A DNA stretch of 64,000 nucleotides, from the NCBI GenBank assembly GCA_905178155.1, contig CAJINV010000001.1:15562142-15626141 (forward strand), given 5' to 3'. Under the pieces are notes generated by a model. It searched no databases. It was not told where the DNA came from and saw only the letters and a list, made by a program, of their open reading frames with translations. The position numbers and the translations under genes are program-made. This stretch comes from Amoebophrya sp. A120. Lineage: Eukaryota > Protista > Dinoflagellata. Every line of letters starts with the position of its first letter. Position 1 is the first letter of the stretch. Positions 12,784-24,700 of this stretch are shown in pieces.

Positions 12784-15057
12784 AAGTAAAAATACAAATA
12801 GCTGGTTATCTCGCGCTAAAAAAATTATACAGTGGTCATTTTCATAATTTCTACGCTCTTTGACGTTTTGGTTTTGCAATGTTCCTCGCTTTTTATTTTT
12901 CCATTACACGCAGCTGCTGCTGCTGGTGATGAATCTGTAGCAGACGAAGCACCGACTTACTTTACTTCATTCATTTTCCATCCTACCCACTGTCTACAGT
13001 AATCAATGTGCATCCATTTTCCCGTGTCTTGAATCGACCCGCGAGTTCGTATCGTGCTCGCGGTGCAGCTACTCGAGAACATCTAAGTAGCAGACTTGTA
13101 GTTCTTTACAAGAAAACGTGTGTGAAGTAAATGTTAAAGTTTTCGTTTACTCGTCGAGCACCATCGTATTTCTGAGGTTGCGCAGTGTCAGTCATCACTA
13201 ACCCTTCCGGGCTCCCCGGCCCTTTTCAATGAAGAAAGTATAGCTTTTTCTGCGAAAGGATACCTGAGCTGTTTGATGTTTTTTTCTTGTTGTTGAACGG
13301 AATTTGTGCCTAATCTATAATCTAAGTGCCTTAGCTTAGACTCGATACCGAGAATTTCGGACGACGCAAAACAAGACTTTTCGTAGTAGTCACTACTACA
13401 GTTCGCTTCATTTTCCTTGACACAGTTTCTGCCAGTAATGGCTTTTTTATCGAACGCTTTTAGTTTTATTTTCCACCTTCAAGCATAGCCTCATAACAAG
13501 TCCGAAAAAACCTAGCCTCATAACAGCTGCGCCCCTAAGGTATAGATCAACTGTTCGTCATAGAGGATCGGCGTTCAGCTGCTCTCGGGCTGGAGGAGGG
13601 AGTAGCACGCAGCAGTCCGCTAAAGGGCACACTGCCAACATCATCATCATAGCCACTAACGCCAGCGCTGTACTGCTCTGTGTATCACTTTCGCGAGCGT
13701 TTGCGACAGGCGAGTCGCCCATATTTTCTTCGCGAATATGACTCAAGTGGTTCTGATATTGGTGTGTATTTGTGCCACCTATTCACGCATCAACTTCAAC
13801 ACGCCATCGTTTGTATGTACGCACGTTTAATACGCAGCTAAAGCTTATCGCTTGCAGCTATTAATTAGGAGGTAGTAACCATTGGATTTTTATTCAACAC
13901 TCTACATCAATCTGAGTTTGCTGTAACCGCGGCACCAGATATGTTGCCCGGCAGATAACCACGCACCACCAACGCGCACCACCATGTTGAATTTTTCTAT
14001 AGCAAGCAAAGTCAGGACATGACAGACGTCGTCCATAAGAACGAACTGATGAAACAGCAAAAAAGGAGCGACACCAGCATCATTGTTCCATCACGTGGTA
14101 GTTTGACAGATCGAATCAATGATGACAGAATCAGTGAGCATTATTTTTATTCGTATAAAATGATGAAAACGTCGCCGTCGGTGTGCGTACGACATGATCC
14201 CCCGATGACAAAATCGTCCATCAAGATCATGAACAAATTGAAATTCAAGCGAAATCATATCATATTCTTCTTTTCTAAGTGAAAGTGGTTACATCTGGAT
14301 CCCATCATGCGGCGGCGAATTTCGAAGTAGTTCCTTTGCAAAGGAGAAAGAGAAGCGTTTTAGCATTAAACCTCCTGACCACGTACTGGTATTGGTATTG
14401 GGCAAACAAGTCCTACGCCTGTTAGCGAGTCAGCCCGTGCGCGTTATTGTGGATTCTTTCTGATCCTGTATAGTTTGGATCTCCCCAGAGTTCAGAACTA
14501 CGAACGACTTGCTGCTCTGAAGACGAGAAGCAACGCAAGCAGCCGCGTGACGGTAAAAAAATCCAGACCGACTTCGATCTATCCAGCTCTACCGAAGACC
14601 TCCCTTATTTGCGCGTCAGACGCAAGCTGACAGCAGTTTACGTCGGCGAACAGGTGGAAGAAACGCCATCTTGTATAAGGCTCGAAGATCCCGCACGATT
14701 TTTGTCTCCTGTGGTGGTCCACCCTGTTGGTTCACTTTCGCCGACGGAAGTCCGACACGATATTTCGTACGGGAAATGCAACCGATGAAGTACGTAGAAG
14801 CGAGAAGTACTAACACTTACGAATACGAATCCCCCGATTTTTGACCGAAAATAAACGCGTCGGCAGGTCCAAGTTCGATATATCGCAGAACGCTCGCGAA
14901 GGTTCCGATACCGATTCCGATTATTCGCTACAGCTGTCCTTGTTTGGGTTTATCGCTCCTTTGCAACCGCTTGTACGAAGAAGTCGAAGTTTGAACTCTG
15001 TACCGTTTACGTTTTGTTCCGGATACTCAAGTCACGAAACACAACACCTCCACGAAA

Positions 15058-18000
15058 ATGGGTGGTCGCAGAGGATCTTCCGCTTCCCGCAAGTCTCGCT
15101 CGCCGTCTCCGGCGCCGCGCAAGGACAAGGACCGCTCCCGCTCCCGTTCCCCGCTCGATCGCCGTCCTGCCAAGTCCCGCTCCCGTTCCCGTGGCGCGAC
15201 GGTATAATGTGGTGCTTCTCGATGTCATCTCTGATGTCCTTACACTTAGTGTTGCTTTTTGCGCCTCTTCTTTGATGTACGAAGGGCAAGGGTACAAAGT
15301 AGAAATAAACGATTTAATTTCGAGATAAAGAAAGTGAAACGCAAACAAAAAAAAAACGCACTTCACAAAAATGAAATACAGAAAGGGGATGAACCGCGGA
15401 GAAAGGGCGGCTTATGGATTGCAAAAATGTCTGGGTCTGGAAGATTGCAACTTGTCATGGTAAATCTGAAGCATGCAAAAATCTGTGTTGCATGAGTGGC
15501 AAAAGCTGTCCACTTTTGACCAAGTTGGAAGGGAGTTTCTCATGCCGGACCGGCATGGCGGAGACCTCGCAGAGTCTGCCATGCTAAGTCCCGCATTCCA
15601 GACCTCATGGGTCATAGAAAATCTGCATGACAAAATCTACACTTTTCCAGACCCAGACACTTTTACATTTGATACGGCTACTACAAGTACAACTTCGATG
15701 AGAAGGAGGCCACCAGGACACTTTTCCTTGCCAATATCCTGAGTAAAAACGTCCCCACACCAGAGTCAGGATGGGGATTTTGCAACACAAACCTAGGAGT
15801 TTAGTGAGTCACGCATGACAAATTGCAGGCTGTATTGTAGTGCAGTTTAGCAAGGGAAGTCGCATTACAAATCCCTCTGCTCATCCTGTTCACAGCATCA
15901 CAAATTCCAAAACACGACTGGAAATGGCTCTCATGGGGATGCGCGTTACAAGTCTTCCTGTCTTTGCAAATCTGCATTACAACTCTGGCGTGGGGACGTT
16001 TTTACTCAGGATAGCCAACATCGCCGACTCAGCGAACGAATTCGACGTCCAGGACTTGTTCAGCAAGACGCTCGGCTTCGATGTCAACGAGGTATCATCT
16101 ATAAGGAACGATGCGCATTACCATTATAAATTCCTGTTGCAGCTTCATGATGTTGATCTTGATGTATGACAAACAATTACTGCGAGTGCGACGAACCTCA
16201 TGATAATGAACCTCCTGAGTCCTGCACAGCGCAGACACTGGGTGATTTTCTTCGCACGAGTTACTCAATTGTTCTTTAAATTTATGTTCCTTCTTGATTT
16301 CTACTTTGTCTTTCTCTTTCTTATCAGGTCTCGCTCCCGCGATCGCCGTCGGCCCGGACTCACCGTGGTTACGGGTTCGTGCACCTGAAAGATGACCGGG
16401 ATGTGGACGATTGCGTGAAAAAGGCCAACGGATACGAATTGCGCGGAAAGCCGCTCAAGGTCGAGGAGAAGCAGGTATTAGAAATATTTCCGTAAAAAGT
16501 TCTAGGGTCGTTAGCAGAAACACCAGAATGGGAATCAAGAAACCGAAGGAAAAAGCGACGCCCGTGCCACGGTCTTCGTCTTATGGTCATGCCCTATTGA
16601 AGTAGAAAGAGAAACAGGGAATGAATCAATCGCATATCAACAAAAAAACACAGTCCCGACCGCCGCGCTCGAAAGGATTCAAGAAGGGTGATGACTACGG
16701 GAGGGGTACCTATCGCTATTGCTATTTTTTCTTTCATACAACGCCACACGCAGGCTTTACTTTTTTAAATCGCTAGTATCGAAGAAGCTCTTTGTTCATT
16801 TTACCCTGAAGACTGCGACCTCAATTCTCTATTTTTCGGTAATCAACATCAAAAGGCCGCCGTGATAGCCGCGGGCGTGGAGGTACTACGTTGAAAATTT
16901 CAAGAATAAGAAAACGAGCAAAATTTGGTGTCTAGAATTCAAAACGGTAAGGCGTCGGGCGCCCTGTATTTTGTTTTTGTTTTGGATAGCGCGCGGCAGG
17001 TCGCGAGGCATACTACTTCAAAACCATCAGAAGCAGAGGACGCGACACGCTGAATGTGTTATCGCGGCCGCCTACTTCTCGATAAAAAAAAACGAGAGGC
17101 CTGGCATGGAGCCGGCTCACGAAGACGGGCCGAGGGCTACCAACCTCACGCACCAAACTTACTAGTTAGCTAGGTGTGGCCGTTGCTGGAACATTCATAA
17201 CCGGGGCCCAATGGGCTCGGGCCGTTACGTGGTCCGAATAGGCGAGCTGCAGCAACGCCTCCACAGGCAAGCGAGAAGCGGCCCGAAGCTACTGAAATAT
17301 TAAAGCCAGCTTCTGCAAGGGTGCCCGAGTAAAGACATCGCCAGGGGACTCGATACAGGTACTCTTTTTCTGCATTGCGCCCGTGATTCACGCAAAATTT
17401 TGCTATTCCCACTGGATAAAATTCCAAGAATGAACAGGGTCGACCCCTTCCGAGAGCCCTAGTTTTGGGCCATTCCTGAAACGGGCTTTTGCCCTATTCC
17501 CACTTGATAAAATTCCAAGAATGAAAAAGTAGGCCCCTCCGGCGACCCCTGACGCGGGGGGTCGCCCAGAGGACTTTTTTGACCGTTTTGTGCTCCAAAA
17601 ACGCACTTTTTGACGTTCGCCCACTTCGGAAATCGATTTTGGAGCCACGCGGCGCCCCAATTCTGGACGCCCAAAATGCAGCCCGTCGGGGAGGGCAGTC
17701 CCGCCCTGCTAAGGGTCCGGATTGGGCGCGCAAATTGGGCGCACTACTTGCGGCGCCGAAAAATATGCTCCGACACTTGGCCAACTCTGGCAAAGACGTC
17801 GCGTATCTGTAAAGCGCCCCACTTTCATCCTCCGGCCAGCTGCTTGCCGGCGTCAAGAAGAGCCGCTTTGCCGGGCTGCGGGGGCTCTGCCGGTTCCTCT
17901 CCAAGTACAAGTGGCGCCCCGTGGCGATGGTTGGCGAAATGATGTCCCGGCCGGATGCAACCCGGCCGAGCCCAAGGGCGCCGCGTGCTGCTTCTGCGCT

Positions 18001-18225
18001 GCCGGTCGAGCCGCCGGCGTCGTGTTTCGCCGATCTTGGAACCCCTCCCGGCCGCCCTAAAGACTCTAAAGGCCGAATTTTGCTCGTTTTCTTATTCTTG
18101 AAATTTTCCACTCAGTAGGAGGCCACCGTGGGGACAAGGGATATGGCCGCGATGACCGTTACGGGAGCAGCAAAGGTGGTCGCCGGAACAGTCGTCCGCG
18201 TCGCGACAGCCGCCGCCGGTACTAG
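15058..18225 (+). CDS. SR-rich RRM protein (Tra2/SR-like splicing factor)
   Basis: Exon 1 encodes MGGRRGSSASRKSRSPSP..RSRSRSP. RNP2 LFLANI forms only after removing the 15735-16013 element; RNP1 is RGYGFVHL near 16363-16387. An R/G/D-rich tail ends at TAG 18223-18225 after removing the 16884-18117 element. Confidence 0.85.
15413..15674. mobile_element. Introner, family A (subfamily A2), 262 bp
   Basis: TIRs TATGGATTGCAAAAATGTCTGGGTCTGGAA / TTCCAGACCCAGACACTTTTACATTTGATA; direct repeat CGGCT at 15408-15412 and 15675-15679; contains an in-frame stop; removal gives KGG|YYKYNF. Confidence 0.92.
15735..16013. mobile_element. Introner, family C, 279 bp
   Basis: 32-bp TIR TATCCTGAGTAAAAACGTCCCCAC(A/G)CCAGAGT with one mismatch; direct repeat GCCAA at 15730-15734 and 16014-16018; removal restores RNP2 LFLANIADS. 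Confidence 0.93.
16884..18117. mobile_element. Long introner, family D, 1234 bp
   Basis: About 42-bp TIR TACT....GAAAATTTCAAGAATAAGAAAACGAGCAAAATT; direct repeat GGAGG at 16879-16883 and 18118-18122; removable as GT-AG intron 16883-18121, giving RGRG|GHRGDKG. Confidence 0.88.
17403..17525 (+). repeat. Two 32-bp direct repeats inside the family D element
   Basis: CTATTCCCACT(G/T)GATAAAATTCCAAGAATGAA at 17403 and 17494. Confidence 0.85.
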
Positions 18226-19282
18226 ATGGTGAAGATATATACGGGAAACTAGTGTTCGTGTTGCGTCAACATCGCAATAGTGAAACGACACATACACGAC
18301 TATTAAGAATGTAAGTGCTGCCACCAGAATTATTATACCTATACGAATACCACGAAGCCGTTTTTTCATCCCAATTGAAAGGTCACAACAGCCTCTCTAC
18401 CTCTACTGAACTGGAACATTCTTGATGCGCTTTTTTTTGTGTTGAATGAGTAAGATCACATTCAACAGCTCAAACTTCATCTTTCAACATCATCAGGCTG
18501 CTTGTCACCTGCGTCTTCTCTATGATGACGAGGTGGAAGGGCCTAGGAACAAATCACAGATACTGATAAACTTCAATCAAACACAGTGCCTCCCTATAAG
18601 TACGAAACAGGAAATGCAATGTAGTACTCTTCAATCGTCTCTACTCAAGAACACGACTTCTCGTCTTGCGTATTATTATTATTTATTAGAAACTGTGTAT
18701 CGTGTCCGTGTGCATCTCGTATGCACCAAATGAATTTCAGTTTCACCCGATACACTGAAGAGGAACAAGAAAGAGGAATTACAGCCAGCAGATCGAGATC
18801 AAAACGAACAAATACGAGAGAAAGTATGTATGTCTTTCTTGTTGAATGAACACACCTGTGGTTGTGACTTTCAGCATTTATAGAAATTCATGTCAGAAGA
18901 TGAAGACGTGGCTACGGCAGGTTCCGGCGCGCCTGTCGTCGTTCCAGGAGAATATCACCCTGTTACTGTTTTTCCCGAATGGGAATGCGGAGCCTTGTTC
19001 CTGGCTCCTTGTTCCTGTTCCTGGCTCCTACGAATCAGTGCCGGGGTTCTCATCCGTCGTTGGTTCCTGTAGATGACCACGACTCACTCCATTTATTTCA
19101 TTTGCTCTTCTATTCTATTGTCGGTGTCTTTTCTGGAATAAGAGGGACTGTTGAGTGTGGGGCCATCTTGGAATGGGTAGGGATTTCGACGAAAAAGTTG
19201 CAGACAAATGCGAACGAGTTGCAAGCCGCGACCAAAGAAACAAAGCACTTCTTCTTCACGTGTTTAGCATTAGCTTCATACA

Positions 19283-19861
19283 ATGTCGTCGGTCGCACTT
19301 CGCGCGTCAACCTCCTCCGCGGCACAGCTCTCGCGTGGCGCTGTGCTTCCTGAGTCCTACCGGTATAGGATACCCGTTCGCGAACTGGCAATAACTTCAC
19401 CACACGCACACGACAGGACTATCGATGAAGATAATCAACAAAGCGCGACTTCTATATCGAGATCGAACTCTATTCAAGGTGTACTAGATGATCCGCGGTT
19501 GCCGTGCTGGGAGGGTCTAAACCGTCAGCCATCTGCGCACGTCCGTGCGTTAGCGGAAGAATTGCTTCGACTGCCAGAGGAGGAACTGAAACAACTACAC
19601 AAAGAGTGCCGCAAGCGGCTAAGCGTAACCCCGGCCACCAAAATTCCGGGCCTTTCTGCGCGATCGCCCTTTCCTCACCCCCAGACATTTTTTCGCGGCG
19701 AGAATGGCATGCGCACTTTACCGGTTCCAAGTCAAATTTTTGCACCCGGACTGTTTTTACCCTCGCTCAGCGTGTTTTTCGGCGGGCGTGAGCGTTGGGG
19801 TGTCAAAACAAAAAGCCCAGAGAGTACTTCTACATCGAAAACTTCGAGCTCTGTCCAGTGA
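19283..19861 (+). CDS. Hypothetical protein; weak resemblance to the ribosomal bL12 N-terminal dimerisation helices
   Basis: 192-aa ATG ORF with an S/A/R-rich N-terminus; SAHVRALAEELLRLPEEELKQLHKECRKRL loosely resembles the mitochondrial L12 N-domain. Confidence 0.45.
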   Translation: MSSVALRASTSSAAQLSRGAVLPESYRYRIPVRELAITSPHAHDRTIDEDNQQSATSISRSNSIQGVLDDPRLPCWEGLNRQPSAHVRALAEELLRLPEEELKQLHKECRKRLSVTPATKIPGLSARSPFPHPQTFFRGENGMRTLPVPSQIFAPGLFLPSLSVFFGGRERWGVKTKSPESTSTSKTSSSVQ

Positions 19862-20501
19862 AAGAAGATGAATCTCTCCAATGTATTATGCCCTCAAAGA
19901 CAAGATGCCGTCTTTTTATCTTTTCGATTCCTGACAGATGTATTTGATGAATGAACTTGTTGTTGTGTTCTGCTGATGAAATCGTGAAGCGCAAGCTACT
20001 AACTCACATCGCCTCGAATTCGCGTCCGCACTCGTGACCTTGTTTCAACCGAGTTTCTCGTTCGGTCGGGTTTTTCGTGTCGCCGTATTCTACTTATCAA
20101 AAAAAAAGTGCTGCTCGTCGCCTGGAATCTTGCGGCTACAATCATCTACATGGGAAACTACTTACTTTACATCATGCGTTGACTACATCGGTTCTCGTGT
20201 CAGATCGAAGCATACAGTCGTCAACGAACATATTCAGGGGCAGGGACGACGGAAAATCAAAACGGGGTACTAGTCGGGTGATAAAGTAGAGGGCGTGTAA
20301 GAGTGGCAGGCTTAGCTTGGTTCACTTTCGCCTCTCCATTCGTACAAGAGCATGCAGACTGTGTCAAATTATACTTAAGTAGAGCGATGAAGAGTAGTAC
20401 AATTACGACGTACATCAAGTCGTGACGCACTGTGCCTGCGCCACCGTTTCAATCATCTTTGTATAAATGAAAATGAGGAAGAATTTTTGGATTTTGGATA
20501 A

Positions 20502-21533
20502 GAGTGGGGTAACAATTGATTCAACTAAGTCGGAGTTTGCCGCGGGCGGAAACTTCCTCCTTCAGGAAATCGAAGAGCCGAGAACCCCGACCCGGGGTCC
20601 TGCCGTTACAGCACGCGAAAACCTTATGAGAAAATGCACTTTTGTAAACGGATTTTTGCACTTTTGGTGTGTTTTTTTTCGGGTGGGCATGAGCATCCCG
20701 AAAAAACATGGCAAGAGCTACTTTTTATGCATGACAGTTGCTGTTTATGCATGACAGATTATCCCTTTCTGCAATAAAAAAAGCAAACTTTTCTTCCTTT
20801 CCTGCAAAAGCAAAAAAAAGCAAAAGTCCGCACTTTTCATTTGGAAAAAGTGCAACCTTCTTCAGCTTCGCCTTCACATTCCCAGCTCGGGGGGGTTGCG
20901 CGTTCGCACGCAAAAGCCCGCACTTTCAAAAGTGCAATCTTTTTCAGCTTCATTCCCAGCTCGGCTCGGTGGGGTTGTGCGAATTCCCGGCTCGGGGGGT
21001 TGCGCGAATTCCCAGCTCCGGGGGTTTCGCGTTCGTTGCGCGTCTGGCGAACGCGCAACCCCCCCGAGCTGGGGATTCGCGCAACCCCCCCGAGCCGAGT
21101 GTGAATGCGAAGCTGAAAAAGGTTGCACTTTTTCCAGATGAAAAAAGTACTCAAATGAAAAATGCGGACTTTCGCTTTTTTTTGCTTTTGCAGGAAATGA
21201 AGGAAAATTAGTTTTTTTCAATTGCAGAAAGGGCTAATCTCTCATGCATAAACAGAAACTGTCATGCAGAAAAAACAGCATTTGCCATTTTTTTTCGGAA
21301 TGCTCCCCTGAAAAAAAAAACACGCCAAAAGCGCAAAAATCCGCTTACAAAAGTGCACTTTCTCATACGGTTTTCAGATGCTGGAACGGCAGGACCCCGG
21401 GTCGGGGTTCTCGGCTCTTCGATTTCCTGAAGGAGGAAGTTTCCCGCGACAAAGTCCGACTTAGTCGTCCGTGCGGCCGGACGGACGACTAAGTCGGCGA
21501 TCCGACTTAGTTGAGTCAATTGTTACCCCACTC
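20502..21533. mobile_element. Foldback MITE (PIF/Harbinger-like non-autonomous element), 1032 bp, intergenic
   Basis: Ends GAGTGGGGTAACAATTGA / TCAATTGTTACCCCACTC; arms imperfectly complementary for about 400 bp; TAA on both sides (20499-20501, 21534-21536). Confidence 0.88.
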
Positions 21534-21719
21534 TAATGTAGCGGGAAATTATGCTCGATGAAGCTTGGACGGAATCATCACCATCAGGGTAACATCACGA
21601 ACCAGCGCAACCACATGCCAGAAACCGCCGGTCGCAGTCGTCGAGGCACGCCTCGTATTTGTTTCGGCGTTTCAGTCGGTGGTCGCGTGATTTCAGTCTG
21701 TAGTTCCGTCCTGGCGAAG

Positions 21720-24700
21720 ATGTCGATGTGGCATTGTTTGTTTTTCTTCTTCCTCCGGCAAAACAACTACCTGTCTCAAACACTCGTACACGCAAAGATC
21801 CGCACGCATCGTGCGCTCTGCCTGAAGCGCGTGGAAAAAATTGCGCTCGACCGAGAGGCCAGTGAGAAGTATTTTGATTTCCTGGTTCGCAACAACATGT
21901 CCGACGCCCGAGCGGACCGCCCGCGCGGTTTAAAGGACTACTTCAAGTACTACAATACTTCCGAGGTATCCACAGAAAAAAAACCATCCCCATCCATTTT
22001 TCGCATGACAAGCACAGGATTTTATGCGTGTTTTGCATGACAAACAGGAAGATGGGTGTTTTTTCCTGGATGCGAGGACTTGGTATCGTACACCGCCACG
22101 CCGCCGAGTCTTGCGCCCATGCTGACCTGCGTTGATTTGGAAGACGCCGTGCTGTTTAACCAGGAAATGGCAACGGCGTGTTCACCCGCAACCTGTAGCC
22201 TGTTCGACGCGGCCTTGAAGTTTGTGCCGCCGAAAAGCCTGCTGCACTCCGCGGACGGAACCGATTTGACGCAAAGAAAAGTAATATCGGAAGCGGACAA
22301 GGTGGAGCAACAGGTCTTGGACAACTGTAAGGGGGAGGACACGCGGCAGACTCTACGGAAGACCAGCAGTCCATACGCGTTCGTGTCCGTCGACGAAATA
22401 CTGCGCGGGGGCTTTTGCGGCAAGAACGTAGATGATGGCTCAGTCGAGGGAAAGGAAGCAACAACTTCGCCGGACTGGGCCACCAGTATCGTCACCGCCG
22501 TGCTGAATTTGGGGAGCCGCGAGAACAACAGCGAGGAGGATTACAAGTCGTTCCACTTGCATGGCCCCAAAAAGCTGCACACCTACAAGACGAATGAAGA
22601 GCCCTTGCCATCTACGGCTACAGGACGAGGAACCTCGTCGACGTCGTCTCTCTTATCGGCAAAAGTCACCGAAAGCGGTGAAATACATGTAAATGCCGCG
22701 GGCTCGGAATCTCGATTGGGCCAAGGAACATCCACAAACGATTTTTTGCAGGTGTTTGCTGAAGAAGCCGATGAACCAACTGGACACGACGGAGACCATG
22801 ATGCTGACGCGTTCTTTTCTCCTACTGCATCTTTTTTCTCAACTTCTGCGGAAGTCCTTGACAAGGACGAGGACTACACGCATGGTTCATTCTTGGAGCA
22901 TCGTAGTTCCAGAAGCGCGGAGCGAAAGCAGGAAACCGAAACCAGCAGAGAAAAAGTAACAAAATGGTCCAAAAGAAGAGCTTCATCTACTTCGTCAAGA
23001 ACATCGTCAGCGTTCACACAGAAGATGAAAAAGCACCGCAAGTCGTTCTTCATGGATTGGCTTCGTGGTACGAAAAAGCCGCCCCCGCCGCATTGCGACC
23101 TCGAGGGCTTCGTGCAAGCGTTTCGGAGCGCCTTGTGCCAGGACGTCCACAGAGGGCGTGTTGGTCCACCGACGGACGACGCTTCGTTGGTCTCGATCCT
23201 CGAGCACCGGGCGCCGCCCACCATCCAGCTCGTTCTAAAGACGGACGTTCTGTACTTCCTAGGCGTGGCGGACTTGACACAGGAGAAGCTACAGCACGGA
23301 AAGGAGGACGGCTCGCGGATTTACTACAACCAGCCGCAGCCCGGCCTCGTTTTCAACGAGATTCAGAATCCGCACACAGTTTTTCAACACGTCTTCAACC
23401 AATGCCCCGTACGTAGTGGTGGCGCAACAGTGCTGGCGCATGTCAACCCTGCGACGAATAATTATGCAGGGGCGCCGTCAGTGCTGTCAACCTCAACATC
23501 AACGGTCACCGTTCCCGTGCCTTACCTCCTCTTGGCGCGTTCGCTGTTTCTAATGGGGAACCCGCGGGGTTCTGTTGGTGATCTATGGAGCTCGCTGGTG
23601 AACAGCTCCCCTCATTCGGCGAGAGAGGCAGAGCTGATGCGAGCGTACGAAACGAAGACAGCGAATCTCTGGCAAGGAAGATTTCTGCACGCGGTGGGGC
23701 AGCGCGAAGCCAGTGATGGTTCCCTGTTATCCACAGTCACCGGGGACTTTCTCAAGAAGGTCGAACAGTATGTGTGGAAGAAAGAATTCCTAGACTCGAA
23801 GCGAGGGGCAAAAGCAGAAGGAGCTGCTGCACTGAAAACTACATCTACTCCGCAGGAAGAGGAAGACCACAAGCAGCTACAAGATTGGGCCCGTTCCCAC
23901 CCTTTGAGACTGCTGGAGTATCTGCACTACCGGCGAGTGTACCGATTCCGCCTTTCGTTCTCGTTTTCCGGCGTCGGTCTCGTTATGGGCAACAAAATGG
24001 TCTCCGAGAAAGAGTCAGCGACCATGCGGGAGATCGAGGTGGATGGGATTTACATTTTTCATCCCGACGTCCTGCTGGAAGTACTCTCTGACGAGGACGA
24101 CGGGGACGAAGAAGTTATCTCAGTCATCGAGTTTGACCACGGCCACAACCGGCACTTTCGTTCTGCACCCTTTCTGCACAAGGAGTCCCGCAAGATGCGG
24201 CCTTGGACGGGAGATTGGTCGAGTTGGTCCCAGGAGGTTGGCGAGTTTTCGGCCAGCATCCACAAAGTCTTCATGACGCTGCAATACTGGATCGAACTTG
24301 CCGGCGCCAAGCCCTACATGCTCGGGCAGTGGAACTGCTTCCAGATGGCACACTTGCTCGTCTACATGTTATTCTTGCCCTTGCACGAAGTCAACACGGA
24401 TTTCCACAGTGACTCGGCTTTCCAAGAAATCCAGCAGCGACTCATTTCAACACAAGCGGCTCAAAGCGAACAAGGACAGGGGGCAGGAGCAGGAGAAACT
24501 GGACAAGCAACAGAGGGTGACGCAAGCGCAACTGATGTAGTCTCCTCAGCGGATCATACCATTACCAGCGGCGCAGCTGCTCCTGCGGGTGCAGTGGATT
24601 CTTCGAACGAGGGTGGAAATGATGCGGAAGGGCAAGATGTACCGAAAACCGAACTGCTTTCTTCCACCGCGTTCGTGGAAATGAAGACGAAGACTCGTCC

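Noticed and set aside
12800-14800. Long non-coding tract examined for RNA genes or elements
   Set aside because: No tRNA, rRNA, snRNA or terminal repeats recognisable by eye; a covariance-model scan would be needed.
17403-17525. 32-bp repeats with a spacer, superficially CRISPR-like
   Set aside because: Only two copies, inside a TIR element in a eukaryotic gene, and no cas genes.
17170-18118. Short ORFs inside the family D element as a possible transposase
   Set aside because: No DDE or recombinase motifs; expected from GC-rich sequence.
20467-21519. Mirror-image ORFs on both strands
   Set aside because: By-product of the palindromic MITE.
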